Source: a virus
Taxonomy: Duplodnaviria; Caudoviricetes
Direction: 5' to 3' (one strand)
Length of the DNA: 58,991 bases
IMG/VR virus record: IMGVR_UViG_3300036862_000046
Span: 1-58,991 of that record
In this document: positions 16,350 to 25,144 of the stretch, piece by piece
How positions within the stretch are numbered: the stretch's first letter is position 1
How the letters are laid out: every line of letters begins with the position of its first letter
Program-made: the position numbers and the translations under genes
Notes under the pieces: generated by a model
Database searches by the model: none
Told to the model about the DNA's origin: nothing
What the model saw: the letters and a program-made list of their open reading frames with translations, nothing else

Positions 16350-16981
16350 AGTGGTTTGTCTATGGACTCTACTCCTCCGAGGAACCGATGCGGATCAGGT
16401 ACGTGGGTAAGACCTCTCGTTTTAACCGAATCTACGGGCATTTGTACGAGGCGCGTGTGGGCCACGTGTGTCACAAATGCTCGTGGATCAGACAAGAGGA
16501 ACGAACCGGCGCTCAAATTGAATGGGTTCCCTTAACTTGGTATGAGACAGAGTCTGAAGTGTTCTTGGCGGAACGCCGCTATATCGCGTCGCTCCGTACA
16601 CAGCTGACCAATCTCACCGACGGCGGAGACGGCGCATCCGGATTTATTCACACCCTTGCTACGCGTGCTCAGATGAGCGCCTCACACCTGGGAGTAGCTC
16701 GTCAGCCTCACACGTCCGAAACGAAACATAAAATCGGGAATGCAAATCGAGGACGTAGCCCGGACGCGGTCACTCGTATGAAAATGAGCGAGGCTCGAAA
16801 GGGTAAAACTCAGTCGTTGGAGACAAAGTCTAAAAAGAGCCGGTCTCTAAAGGGCCGGCGTCTTGGCCCGCTTCCGAAGACGACCCGGGATAAAATCAGC
16901 CTCGCTCTGATCGGCCGTAAAAGGCCGACCTTTTCGGCCGAGTGGCGTGCGAACATGAGCGCGGCAAGGAAGAGGAGATGA
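16346..16981 (+). CDS. GIY-YIG-type homing endonuclease with NUMOD3 repeats
   Basis: VYGL..RYVGKT, E..YI, LTNLTDGGDG, HT.ET+.KI/MS repeats; AT-richer DNA. Confidence 0.85.
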   Translation: MKWFVYGLYSSEEPMRIRYVGKTSRFNRIYGHLYEARVGHVCHKCSWIRQEERTGAQIEWVPLTWYETESEVFLAERRYIASLRTQLTNLTDGGDGASGFIHTLATRAQMSASHLGVARQPHTSETKHKIGNANRGRSPDAVTRMKMSEARKGKTQSLETKSKKSRSLKGRRLGPLPKTTRDKISLALIGRKRPTFSAEWRANMSAARKRR

Positions 16982-18540
16982 AACCTCTCTACCCGCATCA
17001 AGAGGAGTTCATCTCGGAGTTCCTGAAGCTAACCGATCCCGACATCGGACGTGTCGCTCCCGGGGCTATGCTCTGTGGCTTCACGATGCGGTTGGGCAAG
17101 TCTCGAACAGCAATCGAGATTGCGCAACGTCTGTTCCTGGCGGGCGAGATCGATCACGCGATCGTGGTGTGCCCCGCTCCGGTCCGGAGCGTGTGGTTCG
17201 ATGAAGCCCTCGGGCAAATCGCGGAGTACTCCGCCGTGCCAGTAGAGGTCTCCCAGTACCGGTCTAAGGTCACGTCGTGGTTCCGGCTTAATGGATCTCC
17301 TGCCCCTCAGAGGTGTCTGCGCTGGACGGTCACCAACTACGAGTTCATCCGCCAGGCCGCACGCCTCAAGCCGCTCCTCAAACTCGCTGACTTCCGGACC
17401 CTGCTTATCCTCGACGAGAGCAGCTACATAAAATCTCCGTCGTCTCAGCAGACCAAAGCGTGCTACGCGCTGCGCAAGCAGTGCGGGCGCGTCCTACTTC
17501 TGAACGGGACTCCCGAGGGCGACGACCCGGGCGATCTCTACGCGCCTTGTAAGATATTGGATACGGCGATCCTCGGCTACCGAACCTGGGGCGAGTACAA
17601 GGCGAACTACGCCGTACTCGGCAAAGGGTACGCGGTCGGCGGCCGGGAGTTCCAGACCGTCGTCTCATGGAAGAATCTCGACGAGCTAGGACGCCGGACC
17701 GCGCCGTATTTCCGGATCAAAACCGCGGCGGAGGTCGTCGGGATGCCTAAGACCCTGGCTCCGGTGATGCTGACCGCGACGCTGTCCCCGGAGACCTGGC
17801 GCATGTACCAGGAGATGCGTAAGGACGCGGTCGCCTGGCTCACGTCGAACGAGCGGGTCACCGCGGCCCAGGCGGCAGTGAAAGTCCTCCGGCTCTCACA
17901 GCTTACGTCCGGTTTCCTGGGGGGAGTTGTCGATGTCGGCGAGGGCGAGGTAAGATACGACGGCGGTCAGTCTCTTGTCTCGGGCCTCCCGCGTATGGAT
18001 ACCGCGACTCGAGAGATCGGGCGAGAGAAGCTGGACGTCGTACTCAGGTGGCTGGAGGAGAGACGTGCGGAGGACCCGAACTTCCGAGTCGTCCTCTGGT
18101 GCCGGTTCAGAGCCGAGGCGGAACGGCTCCACATGAGTCTGTCACGGGTCGACTGGAACGTAGACCTTCTAGTCGGCGGTCAGAACGAGGCCGACCGAGC
18201 CAGCGCGGTGTCGCTTCTGGCGCCGGCCGGCGTGTGGCGTGGATCTCGCGTGAGAGGAGCGTCGGCCCTGGTCGGAACCGAGCGCACCGGCGGCATGGGA
18301 CTCGACTTCTCCGGGGCATCCTGCGCGGTCCACGTCTCCAACGGGTACTCCCGGATGATGAGACTACAGGCGGACGCGCGGATCCTCGGACCGCACCAGG
18401 GGGGTACCGCTGCCTACTTCGACGTCGTGGCGGAGGGGCCGGCGGGACAGAAGACGATAGATCACGTAGTGCTTTCAGCACTACGTGATAAACGGGACCT
18501 CGCGTCGATCACGGCGCGGGAGTGGGGGGAGATCCTATGA
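16978..18540 (+). CDS. SNF2-family helicase
   Basis: MRLGKS, VVCP, TNYE, ILDESS.IK, LNGTP, GGMGLD, QADAR. Confidence 0.9.
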   Translation: MKPLYPHQEEFISEFLKLTDPDIGRVAPGAMLCGFTMRLGKSRTAIEIAQRLFLAGEIDHAIVVCPAPVRSVWFDEALGQIAEYSAVPVEVSQYRSKVTSWFRLNGSPAPQRCLRWTVTNYEFIRQAARLKPLLKLADFRTLLILDESSYIKSPSSQQTKACYALRKQCGRVLLLNGTPEGDDPGDLYAPCKILDTAILGYRTWGEYKANYAVLGKGYAVGGREFQTVVSWKNLDELGRRTAPYFRIKTAAEVVGMPKTLAPVMLTATLSPETWRMYQEMRKDAVAWLTSNERVTAAQAAVKVLRLSQLTSGFLGGVVDVGEGEVRYDGGQSLVSGLPRMDTATREIGREKLDVVLRWLEERRAEDPNFRVVLWCRFRAEAERLHMSLSRVDWNVDLLVGGQNEADRASAVSLLAPAGVWRGSRVRGASALVGTERTGGMGLDFSGASCAVHVSNGYSRMMRLQADARILGPHQGGTAAYFDVVAEGPAGQKTIDHVVLSALRDKRDLASITAREWGEIL

Positions 18541-18935
18541 CACTCGGTCAGAGACAGGAACTGTTCGCGAAGCTGGAAGCGGAGTGGGTACTCCGCGCAC
18601 TGAAGCGACCCGGCGTCACGCTCCGACAGGGCGAGGGCCGTATCCTCACGCTGGGACCGGACGGCAAGTCCGGACGTCGAGCCTACCTCGTCGGGGGCAA
18701 AGGATCCGCGGTCCGGGTCCAAGATGCCGTCCACATGCTCGGAGGGTGCCACTACCAGGGGCTGGCGAAAGACTGGCAGCTGTTCCTGGACGGTCATCAC
18801 GTCGAGGACGGCGGCCACCAGCTCTGGCGTGAACTCGGGGAGGACTGGGAGCGTAGCCATCCCCTGGCGCGGTGGGGCGGGAGGTTCAACGACGCGAACC
18901 ATATCAGCATCGAGTCCGTCGACGGGAAGAAGTGA
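18537..18935 (+). CDS. M15-family peptidase (endolysin-like)
   Basis: CH..GLA.D, LGE.WE, WGGRFNDANHIS. Confidence 0.8.
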   Translation: MTLGQRQELFAKLEAEWVLRALKRPGVTLRQGEGRILTLGPDGKSGRRAYLVGGKGSAVRVQDAVHMLGGCHYQGLAKDWQLFLDGHHVEDGGHQLWRELGEDWERSHPLARWGGRFNDANHISIESVDGKK

Positions 18936-19210
18936 AGGAGATCGCTCTCCTGTCTCTCCTCTACGGAGGAACGAAGGCCGCGGATCTCGCGACGACGGAG
19001 TACGCGCTCCGCCGAGCCGGTACGTACGAGGCTAACGCTCTGCTCCGGGACCGAGCGACTCGGATCGCAGTCAGCGCCGGGGTCGTCGTGGGTGAGGTCT
19101 GGCTCACGCGCCGGGCTCGCGGCCGGTGGAAGACGGCGCTGAAGATCCTGATCCCGGCGACGCATGCCGGGCTCGCGGTGTGGAACGTGAGACAGGCAAG
19201 GAGAGCGTAG
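18932..19210 (+). CDS. Small membrane protein
   Basis: ADLATT..L..G.YEAN.LL with hydrophobic segments. Confidence 0.55.
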   Translation: MKEIALLSLLYGGTKAADLATTEYALRRAGTYEANALLRDRATRIAVSAGVVVGEVWLTRRARGRWKTALKILIPATHAGLAVWNVRQARRA

Positions 19211-19608
19211 TGAGAGAACGGTTCTGCTACCTCCAGGGCTGGGGCACGTACTCGTCCGATACGATGGTCTGCGTCGGAATGACGCCGGCCCAGATCCTCG
19301 CGCGGATGAAGCGTGGCGGGACAAGGCCGCGGATCGTCAAGGCGTTCGCAGGAGTCCTCGACCAGTTCGGAAACGGCCTCGGGCATTGCTGGGTCGACCC
19401 CTGCACCGGTGCATCCGTGCTCTCGTTTCCGGACTGGCGCAACGACTGGCCTCACTGGGACACCCTCGTCCATGAGGTCGCTCACCTGGTCCACGCGGCA
19501 CTCGGCCGACACCGAGCCATGGCTGACGAGGACGAGGCGAGGGCATACCAGACAGAATACCTCTTCCGTGAGATTCGACGCGAACTGTGGACGCGTAGTA
19601 GATCTTAA
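19210..19608 (+). CDS. HEXXH zincin-like phage protein
   Basis: TLVHEVAHLVH...DEARAY. Confidence 0.65.
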   Translation: MRERFCYLQGWGTYSSDTMVCVGMTPAQILARMKRGGTRPRIVKAFAGVLDQFGNGLGHCWVDPCTGASVLSFPDWRNDWPHWDTLVHEVAHLVHAALGRHRAMADEDEARAYQTEYLFREIRRELWTRSRS

Positions 19609-19647
19609 AACCTGTGGTAAGATAGACGTACTGGAAGGGAGGCGATT

Positions 19648-20127
19648 CTGGGAAAATGGGACGGGGTCACGAAGACGCTGACGAAGCTGCCGGGCGAGAA
19701 GACGCCGCGTCAGCTCGCGATCGACGACGAGAAGGCTCGCATCGAGGACCGCGGCGCGGCAGGATTGACGGCGCTCTACGTGCGACGACGCACGGAAGAG
19801 GAAGCGGCCTCGGATCTCGCTCACGAGGCCGGGATCCGACTCGCGGCGGCAGAGCAGCTCATGTGGTCCGCCTACGAGGACGCGAATCTCACGACGTTGA
19901 AGCTGAAGGACGGGTCGGGCGCCAGGGTTCAGACGGTGCCGTACGCCGTGGTCCGGGACTCGCAGGCGCTGCGACAGTGGGCGGAGGCCAACGGCTTCAC
20001 GGCCAAGCTCGCGCTGCCGTGGGGTACGGTCAACTCGGAGGTCGGCGAACGCCTTCTGAACGGGCTCCCTCTTCCTGACGGAGTCGAGGTGTACGTCAAG
20101 ACTACGACGGTCATCATCAGGGGATGA
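19648..20127 (+). CDS. Coiled-coil phage replication/recombination protein
   Basis: GGAGG-5 nt-CTG in frame with ORF 19765..20127; TGTGGTAAGAT -10 upstream; C-term LPDGVEV. Confidence 0.6.
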   Translation: MGKWDGVTKTLTKLPGEKTPRQLAIDDEKARIEDRGAAGLTALYVRRRTEEEAASDLAHEAGIRLAAAEQLMWSAYEDANLTTLKLKDGSGARVQTVPYAVVRDSQALRQWAEANGFTAKLALPWGTVNSEVGERLLNGLPLPDGVEVYVKTTTVIIRG

Positions 20128-20321
20128 GCTTCGCCCCTCGGCGCAAACGCTGGTCTACCAAGAAGCCCAGCGAGAGGCGCCCGGTGTGGTGGCACTTCAG
20201 TGACGCGGAACTGCGCACGGTAGCGGAGGCGACGGAACGGGCGGACTTCGAGCAGTTAGTTCGGGAGCGCGGAACGGGGCAGCGCTTGACAGCCCCGAAT
20301 AAAACAGAGGACAAAGACTGA
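20124..20321 (+). CDS. Hypothetical protein
   Basis: ATGA and TGATG coupling. Confidence 0.45.
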   Translation: MSFAPRRKRWSTKKPSERRPVWWHFSDAELRTVAEATERADFEQLVRERGTGQRLTAPNKTEDKD

Positions 20322-21115
20322 TGGTCAATTTCAAGAAGCAGGCGGACGGCAGTACGACAGCAGTCGCGGAAACCGAAGCATATACGACGGCGTTGGCTCT
20401 CCCCGCTGACTTTCAGAACGCGCGCGGCCAGGGAACCGAGGGCCTCGACTCCGGCGACGTCAAGCCCCCGCGGCTCTCGCTCGCGCAGGGCGGCACGCCG
20501 CAGGTCAAACGCGGCAATCCGAAGTTCGTCGAGGGTCTCCACGAGGGCGACCTCTTCAATGACCTGACCGGGCAGAACTACGGCCCCGGGCCGCTGAGCA
20601 TCATCATAGTGAAGTTCCTCGGCAAGTCGGCCATCCAGTTCCGTCCGATGCTCGAAGGCGGGGGCGTGATCGACTTCAACGTCCCACTCGACGACAAGCG
20701 GCTGGAGTGGACGACGGACGAGAAGACGGGCAAGGGCGCCAAGCCGGTGGCTACGCTCTACTACAACTATCTGGTATACCTCCCCGACACGTACGAGGTC
20801 GCCACCCTCTCGATGAAGAACACCTCGATCAAGGTCGCGATCCAGCTCAACAGCCTGATCAAGCTTCCCCTGAACATCAACGGCCAGCTCGTGCTCTCAC
20901 CTCCGGCGTGGGCGCGTACGCTCTCACTCGGGACCGCGATGGAGACGAAGGAGGCCAACACCTTCGCGAACTTCACGCTCCGCCCGCTCTCGATCACGGA
21001 CGAACAGACACGGGCTCAGGTCGGCGTCATCTTCGAGTCGTTCACCGCCAAGAACGTGGTCGTGGACCACGCGACCGACGCGGTCGAGCCGAGCGAGGAG
21101 AACGTCCCCTTCTAG
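20321..21115 (+). CDS. Putative single-stranded DNA-binding protein
   Basis: PRLSLAQ..PQV, SMK.TS.K..LN; acidic tail ending EENVPF. Confidence 0.65.
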   Translation: MVNFKKQADGSTTAVAETEAYTTALALPADFQNARGQGTEGLDSGDVKPPRLSLAQGGTPQVKRGNPKFVEGLHEGDLFNDLTGQNYGPGPLSIIIVKFLGKSAIQFRPMLEGGGVIDFNVPLDDKRLEWTTDEKTGKGAKPVATLYYNYLVYLPDTYEVATLSMKNTSIKVAIQLNSLIKLPLNINGQLVLSPPAWARTLSLGTAMETKEANTFANFTLRPLSITDEQTRAQVGVIFESFTAKNVVVDHATDAVEPSEENVPF

Positions 21116-21122
21116 ATCTCTG

Positions 21123-21228
21123 GTCGCTCACGGAGCGACAGACCTGCGCTGAGCGCCCGACGCAGAACAATATCGGGCTTACTTCTAGGCGGACGGTACG
21201 GACCGGGGGAAGCGCAGACTCCCCCGGT
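21123..21228 (+). ncRNA. Candidate structured RNA (hairpin + H-type pseudoknot + hairpin)
   Basis: GTCGCTC/GAGCGAC; CTGCG/CGCAG crossed by GCCCGA/TCGGGC; ACCGGGGGA/TCCCCCGGT. Confidence 0.35.
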
Positions 21229-21332
21229 AACACCTTCGACAGAACGATGGGAGATTAGATGAAAAGGAAGATTGTTCCGTCCTGGCTCCGAGTCCTTTCA
21301 TTCTGGGCGGCGCGGCCCGTCATCAAGTTTCG

Positions 21333-21656
21333 TTGAGTCCTTGGCCTAAGCCCGAGACGATCGCCGCGGCGCTGCTCGGCGTGGCGTGCGAGGTCGCCCC
21401 GACGGAGCGAGGGCCGGTCTACGGCCTCCGCTCCGCGGACCCGAACGTGCTCCTCGTGATCCGCGCGGCCGGCGGACCTCAGGCCGTCTGCCTTCGCTGT
21501 ACCGTCGCGGAGGCTATGCCCGCGGCGCCAAGTAGCCATGGTCTGAACGGTGCTGCCGTCCCGCTGTTCGTTCCCGGGACTCTCGCGCACGGGCTCTTCG
21601 CGCTGACATGGCTGAATGCGTTCTCACGACGGCACGAACACGAGGAGACCCGCTGA
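21333..21656 (+). CDS. Hypothetical protein
   Basis: TTG start; CLRC. Confidence 0.45.
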   Translation: MSPWPKPETIAAALLGVACEVAPTERGPVYGLRSADPNVLLVIRAAGGPQAVCLRCTVAEAMPAAPSSHGLNGAAVPLFVPGTLAHGLFALTWLNAFSRRHEHEETR

Positions 21657-23605
21657 GAATCGACTTCTCCGACGTTCCGGACGGCCTGAAGACCACCGCG
21701 CGGTGGCGCTGCTATAAGCTGACGGCCGAGGGTAAGAAACCCCCGTGTGACAGCCGAGGGCGCGCGCTCCGGGACTGGCAGCTGCCCGAGCACGACCTCT
21801 CCTTCGAGACCGCCCTGGAGTGGCTGGAGGCGTGCGAGGACATCACGGGCCTCGGTTTCCGCATGGGCGACGGCTGGTCCGGCCTAGACCTCGACAACTG
21901 CAGAGACTTGGTGTCGGGTGAGATAGACCCGCGTGCCGGAGGCATTCTCCTCTTCTGTCCGGGGTCCTACGCCGAGGTGTCACCGTCTGGGCTCGGTGTC
22001 AAGATCTTCGGTCGCGGCGCGGAATGGCTGGAGCTCACCTTCAGGCCCGGCAAGGTAGACTTCAGGCGAGCCGCCACAGGATACTTCACCGTCACCGGCC
22101 GGATGGTCCAGGGCGGCGGGGTACTCGACGAGATACCCGTCGAGGCGATAGCCACGATGTACGGCATGGGTCACCAGGACGAGGACCGCAAGCCGGCCAG
22201 GGTCCTCCCGCCGGTGGTCGCGTCGGGAGCACAGAACTCCACCCTCTTCGCGGAGATGTGCGGACTAAGGCGGAGAGGGTACACGGCAGGGGAGATCAGC
22301 GGGGCCGCCTGGGCCATGGTTCAGGGAGGCCGGTTCCCCGCGGAGGCGGGGAAGGCGAACTGGACCCGCCGCGAGATAGACCAGATGTCCGAGCGGGTGG
22401 AGAGCAGGTACCCGGCCGGCGGGACGGACTTCGAGAAGGGTGGGGACGGCAAGGTCAAGCTCAACACGGCGAACATCAGGAAGGCCCTGGAGGCCATGGG
22501 TGTCCGGCCCCGCCTCAATAGATTCAAGCGTCAGGCCGTCGTGGAGCGGGAGGGACGCGAGGCGGACATAGACGACGAGGTCATGAGGCGACTTCGGTTC
22601 GAGTGCGAGGAGTCGTTCGGCTGGAAGCCCGGGCGGGAGGACTTCCACGACGTCGTGGCGGACTCCGCGGCCTCCGACGACTTCCACCCCGTCAAGGACT
22701 ACCTCGACTCTCTGACGTGGGACGGAGTCGCGCGCGCGGACTCCTGGCTCGTCAGGTACGCGGCGGCGGACGACTCGCCCTACGTCCGGGCGGTCGGGAG
22801 ACTGGTCCTGGTCGCTGCGACCCGTCGCGTCCGACAGCCCGGGTGGAAGTTCGACGAGCTGATGGTGCTGGAGTCGCCCCAGGGCTGGAACAAGAGCAAG
22901 CTGCTCGCGACTCTCTGCCCGCGGGTCGAGTGGTTCGGAGAGAAGCTGGTGCTCGGGTCGTCTGCCAAGGAGACGATCGAGAACACCGCCGGGGTGTGGA
23001 TCACCGAGGCGCAGGAGATGGTCGGCAACAAGAGAGACGTCGACCAGCTGAAGGCCTTCCTGTCTACCGCGGCAGACGGCCCGGTCCGCATGGCCTACGC
23101 CAGGGAACCGGTGAAGGTCCCGCGTCAGTTCGTCGTTATCGCGACCACGAATCACGGGACGTATCTCCGGGACCAGACAGGTGGACGACGATTCTGGCCG
23201 GTGACGGTCAGGAAGATCGACGTGGAGCTGCTCCGCGCAGAGAGGGATCAGCTGTGGGCCGAGGCCGCCGTGATGGAGGCGCGGGGAGACAGCACGCACC
23301 TCGACCCGTCACTCTGGGCCGCGGCCGGCGTGGAGCAAGAAGCTCGGTTCGTCGTCGACCCGTGGGAGGAGGCCATCATGGACGCACTGGGCTCGAACGA
23401 GGGAGACGTGACTACCCACGAGATCTGGCGAATCGTCGGGATGCAGCTGGACAGGCGGACTCAGACGGACAGCGAGCGGGTCGGGACGGTGATGCGCAGG
23501 CTCGGCTTCCGGTCGCTCACCTTCAGGAACAGGAGTAAGCTGGTAGTCCGCGGGTGGAGACGCGGCTCTACTGCGGGGTCCATTCTCCCGGAGGGGCCGC
23601 TGTGA
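21608..23605 (+). CDS. Primase/polymerase + VapE-family helicase
   Basis: GLDLDNC, AEVSPSGLG; FHPVKDYL..L.WDG, PQGWNKS, R.AY.R, TTN..YLRDQTGGRRFWP; start may be CTG 21653. Confidence 0.9.
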   Translation: MAECVLTTARTRGDPLRIDFSDVPDGLKTTARWRCYKLTAEGKKPPCDSRGRALRDWQLPEHDLSFETALEWLEACEDITGLGFRMGDGWSGLDLDNCRDLVSGEIDPRAGGILLFCPGSYAEVSPSGLGVKIFGRGAEWLELTFRPGKVDFRRAATGYFTVTGRMVQGGGVLDEIPVEAIATMYGMGHQDEDRKPARVLPPVVASGAQNSTLFAEMCGLRRRGYTAGEISGAAWAMVQGGRFPAEAGKANWTRREIDQMSERVESRYPAGGTDFEKGGDGKVKLNTANIRKALEAMGVRPRLNRFKRQAVVEREGREADIDDEVMRRLRFECEESFGWKPGREDFHDVVADSAASDDFHPVKDYLDSLTWDGVARADSWLVRYAAADDSPYVRAVGRLVLVAATRRVRQPGWKFDELMVLESPQGWNKSKLLATLCPRVEWFGEKLVLGSSAKETIENTAGVWITEAQEMVGNKRDVDQLKAFLSTAADGPVRMAYAREPVKVPRQFVVIATTNHGTYLRDQTGGRRFWPVTVRKIDVELLRAERDQLWAEAAVMEARGDSTHLDPSLWAAAGVEQEARFVVDPWEEAIMDALGSNEGDVTTHEIWRIVGMQLDRRTQTDSERVGTVMRRLGFRSLTFRNRSKLVVRGWRRGSTAGSILPEGPL

Positions 23606-23877
23606 GCAAGAGGAGAGAGTCTCACCACAACGACGAGGGCGGGACGTGCCGGGTATGCAGTCACCGGGATCACGTGTCGTGTTGCCGGATCCTGATCAGG
23701 TGGTGCAAGAGGTACTGCGAAACCTGCAGAGCGAAGAAGGCCGCGGACGATACGTCGTTCACGGAGGACTCTGAGCGCCGACGGACCGTTAAGGAAGAGT
23801 TCATAGCGGACTGCCGCGAGGCTGGATGGGACGTGACGGGGGTCGGCGTGAGCCGGATCCCTGGCCGGCCTTACTAG
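23602..23877 (+). CDS. Cys-rich hypothetical protein
   Basis: GTGA overlap; CRVC, CETC. Confidence 0.5.
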   Translation: MSKRRESHHNDEGGTCRVCSHRDHVSCCRILIRWCKRYCETCRAKKAADDTSFTEDSERRRTVKEEFIADCREAGWDVTGVGVSRIPGRPY

Positions 23878-23893
23878 GCCTTCTTCTCCTTTT

Positions 23894-23967
23894 GTAACAA
23901 GTAACAGCTTAGTAACAACTCTGTAACAGGTATAAGGACTATGGAAACAAGGACATACGAGGTAACA
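23894..23967. repeat. GTAACA iteron array, candidate replication origin
   Basis: GTAACA at 23894, 23901, 23912, 23923, 23962; AT-rich gap after primase-helicase. Confidence 0.55.
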
Positions 23968-24086
23968 GGCCATTCGTCGCCTGGTACCTCTCCGTCAGCT
24001 TCTGGTCCCTTAAAGAGCCGGGGGGTACCCGCGTTACACCGCGGTCACTTTCCCCACTGTAAGTACTTCTATAGAAAGAGGTTAGC

Positions 24087-24476
24087 ATGATAACAGCCCT
24101 GACGGCTTCCCTGGCCCTCCTCGCCGCCGCTTCTGCGTCTCCCGCCTCCAGACCTGCCAATACTCATCCTCACCTCGTAGCGTCGCCTAGAGCTGGCCTA
24201 GAGCCTCTGAGGGCCCATCTCAGAGCGACCCTCGAGGGCCTGGAGTCCGAGACCTGGTACTGCCCGGCCGTGACCTGGGAGATCGAGGGTGTCGAGGGGA
24301 CGACGTCGACCCGCGAGTCGGACTGCCCGGCTTTTGACGACCGCGAGGAGTTCCCACGCGCCTGGACTCGGGACTACGTGCTGCCGGCCGGCGACTGGAG
24401 CGTCCTCGTTACGTTCTCGAAGGCGGGTAAGATTCTCGGCATAGTCCGGGAGACGGTCCGAGTCATCGAGCGCTGA
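24087..24476 (+). CDS. Exported PKD/Ig-like protein
   Basis: Signal peptide; YCP.VTWE..ESDCPAF..YVLPAGDWSV. Confidence 0.6.
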   Translation: MITALTASLALLAAASASPASRPANTHPHLVASPRAGLEPLRAHLRATLEGLESETWYCPAVTWEIEGVEGTTSTRESDCPAFDDREEFPRAWTRDYVLPAGDWSVLVTFSKAGKILGIVRETVRVIER

Positions 24477-24508
24477 ATCTGTGGTAGGATAGGGACGGAG
24501 GAAAGCTA

Positions 24509-25045
24509 ATGACCCTACAAGAATTCTTGATCAAGCACGGCGCGTGTCCCGAGGCGATCGAGTGGAGCCGGCCCTACGCGACCTTAGCCGAGGCGTGGGC
24601 CGCGTGTCCGCGCGCTGAATGGATGGTCTGGATCGCCGCGAAGGCGGGCCTCGTTTCTCGCGAGCACTTGGTTTTGACACTCTGCGCTATTTGGCGCGGC
24701 GTCGCACAGCAACACTCCAGCGACGAAAGAGCGCCGGAGACGATTTGCACGGCGGAAAAATGGGCCAGGGGTAAAGCAACAATAGAGGACGTTCGCGTCG
24801 CGCGCTCCGCCGTCTCCGCCGCCGACGCCGCCGACGCCGCCGACGCCGCCTACGCCGCCGACGCCGCTTACGCCGCCGCGCGCGCCGTCGCCTCCGCCGC
24901 CGCCTACTCCGCCTACTCCGCCGCGTACGCCGCCGCCCGCGCCTACGCCGACTACTCCGCCGCCCTCACCGCCGCCGGGCTTCTGAGCGCGGACATCGTG
25001 CGGAAGTACATACGGATCGTCCGGCCACCTTCTGTGATAGAATAA
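24509..25045 (+). CDS. Hypothetical protein with Ala-rich (AAYAA) low-complexity repeats
   Basis: GACPEAIEW..W.AC.RAEWM.W; GCCGAC/GCCTAC repeats ~24815-24975; SD GGAGG. Confidence 0.7.
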   Translation: MTLQEFLIKHGACPEAIEWSRPYATLAEAWAACPRAEWMVWIAAKAGLVSREHLVLTLCAIWRGVAQQHSSDERAPETICTAEKWARGKATIEDVRVARSAVSAADAADAADAAYAADAAYAAARAVASAAAYSAYSAAYAAARAYADYSAALTAAGLLSADIVRKYIRIVRPPSVIE

Positions 25046-25144
25046 TAGCTTGGAGATCTGGTCGCCTTGGACCTTACCCGTTCCCGATCTCTCCGACTGC
25101 CCCGGATGCGGCAAGGATTCGTGCGAAGGGTTGCGAGAGGTCAA

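Noticed and set aside
21113-21262. Stop-codon readthrough of the SSB-like gene
   Set aside because: Frame is open but not protein-like, and the gene already ends in a typical acidic PF tail
24815-24975. Ala-rich repeats as DGR target or CRISPR array
   Set aside because: Low-complexity coding repeats; no reverse transcriptase, template repeat or spacer structure
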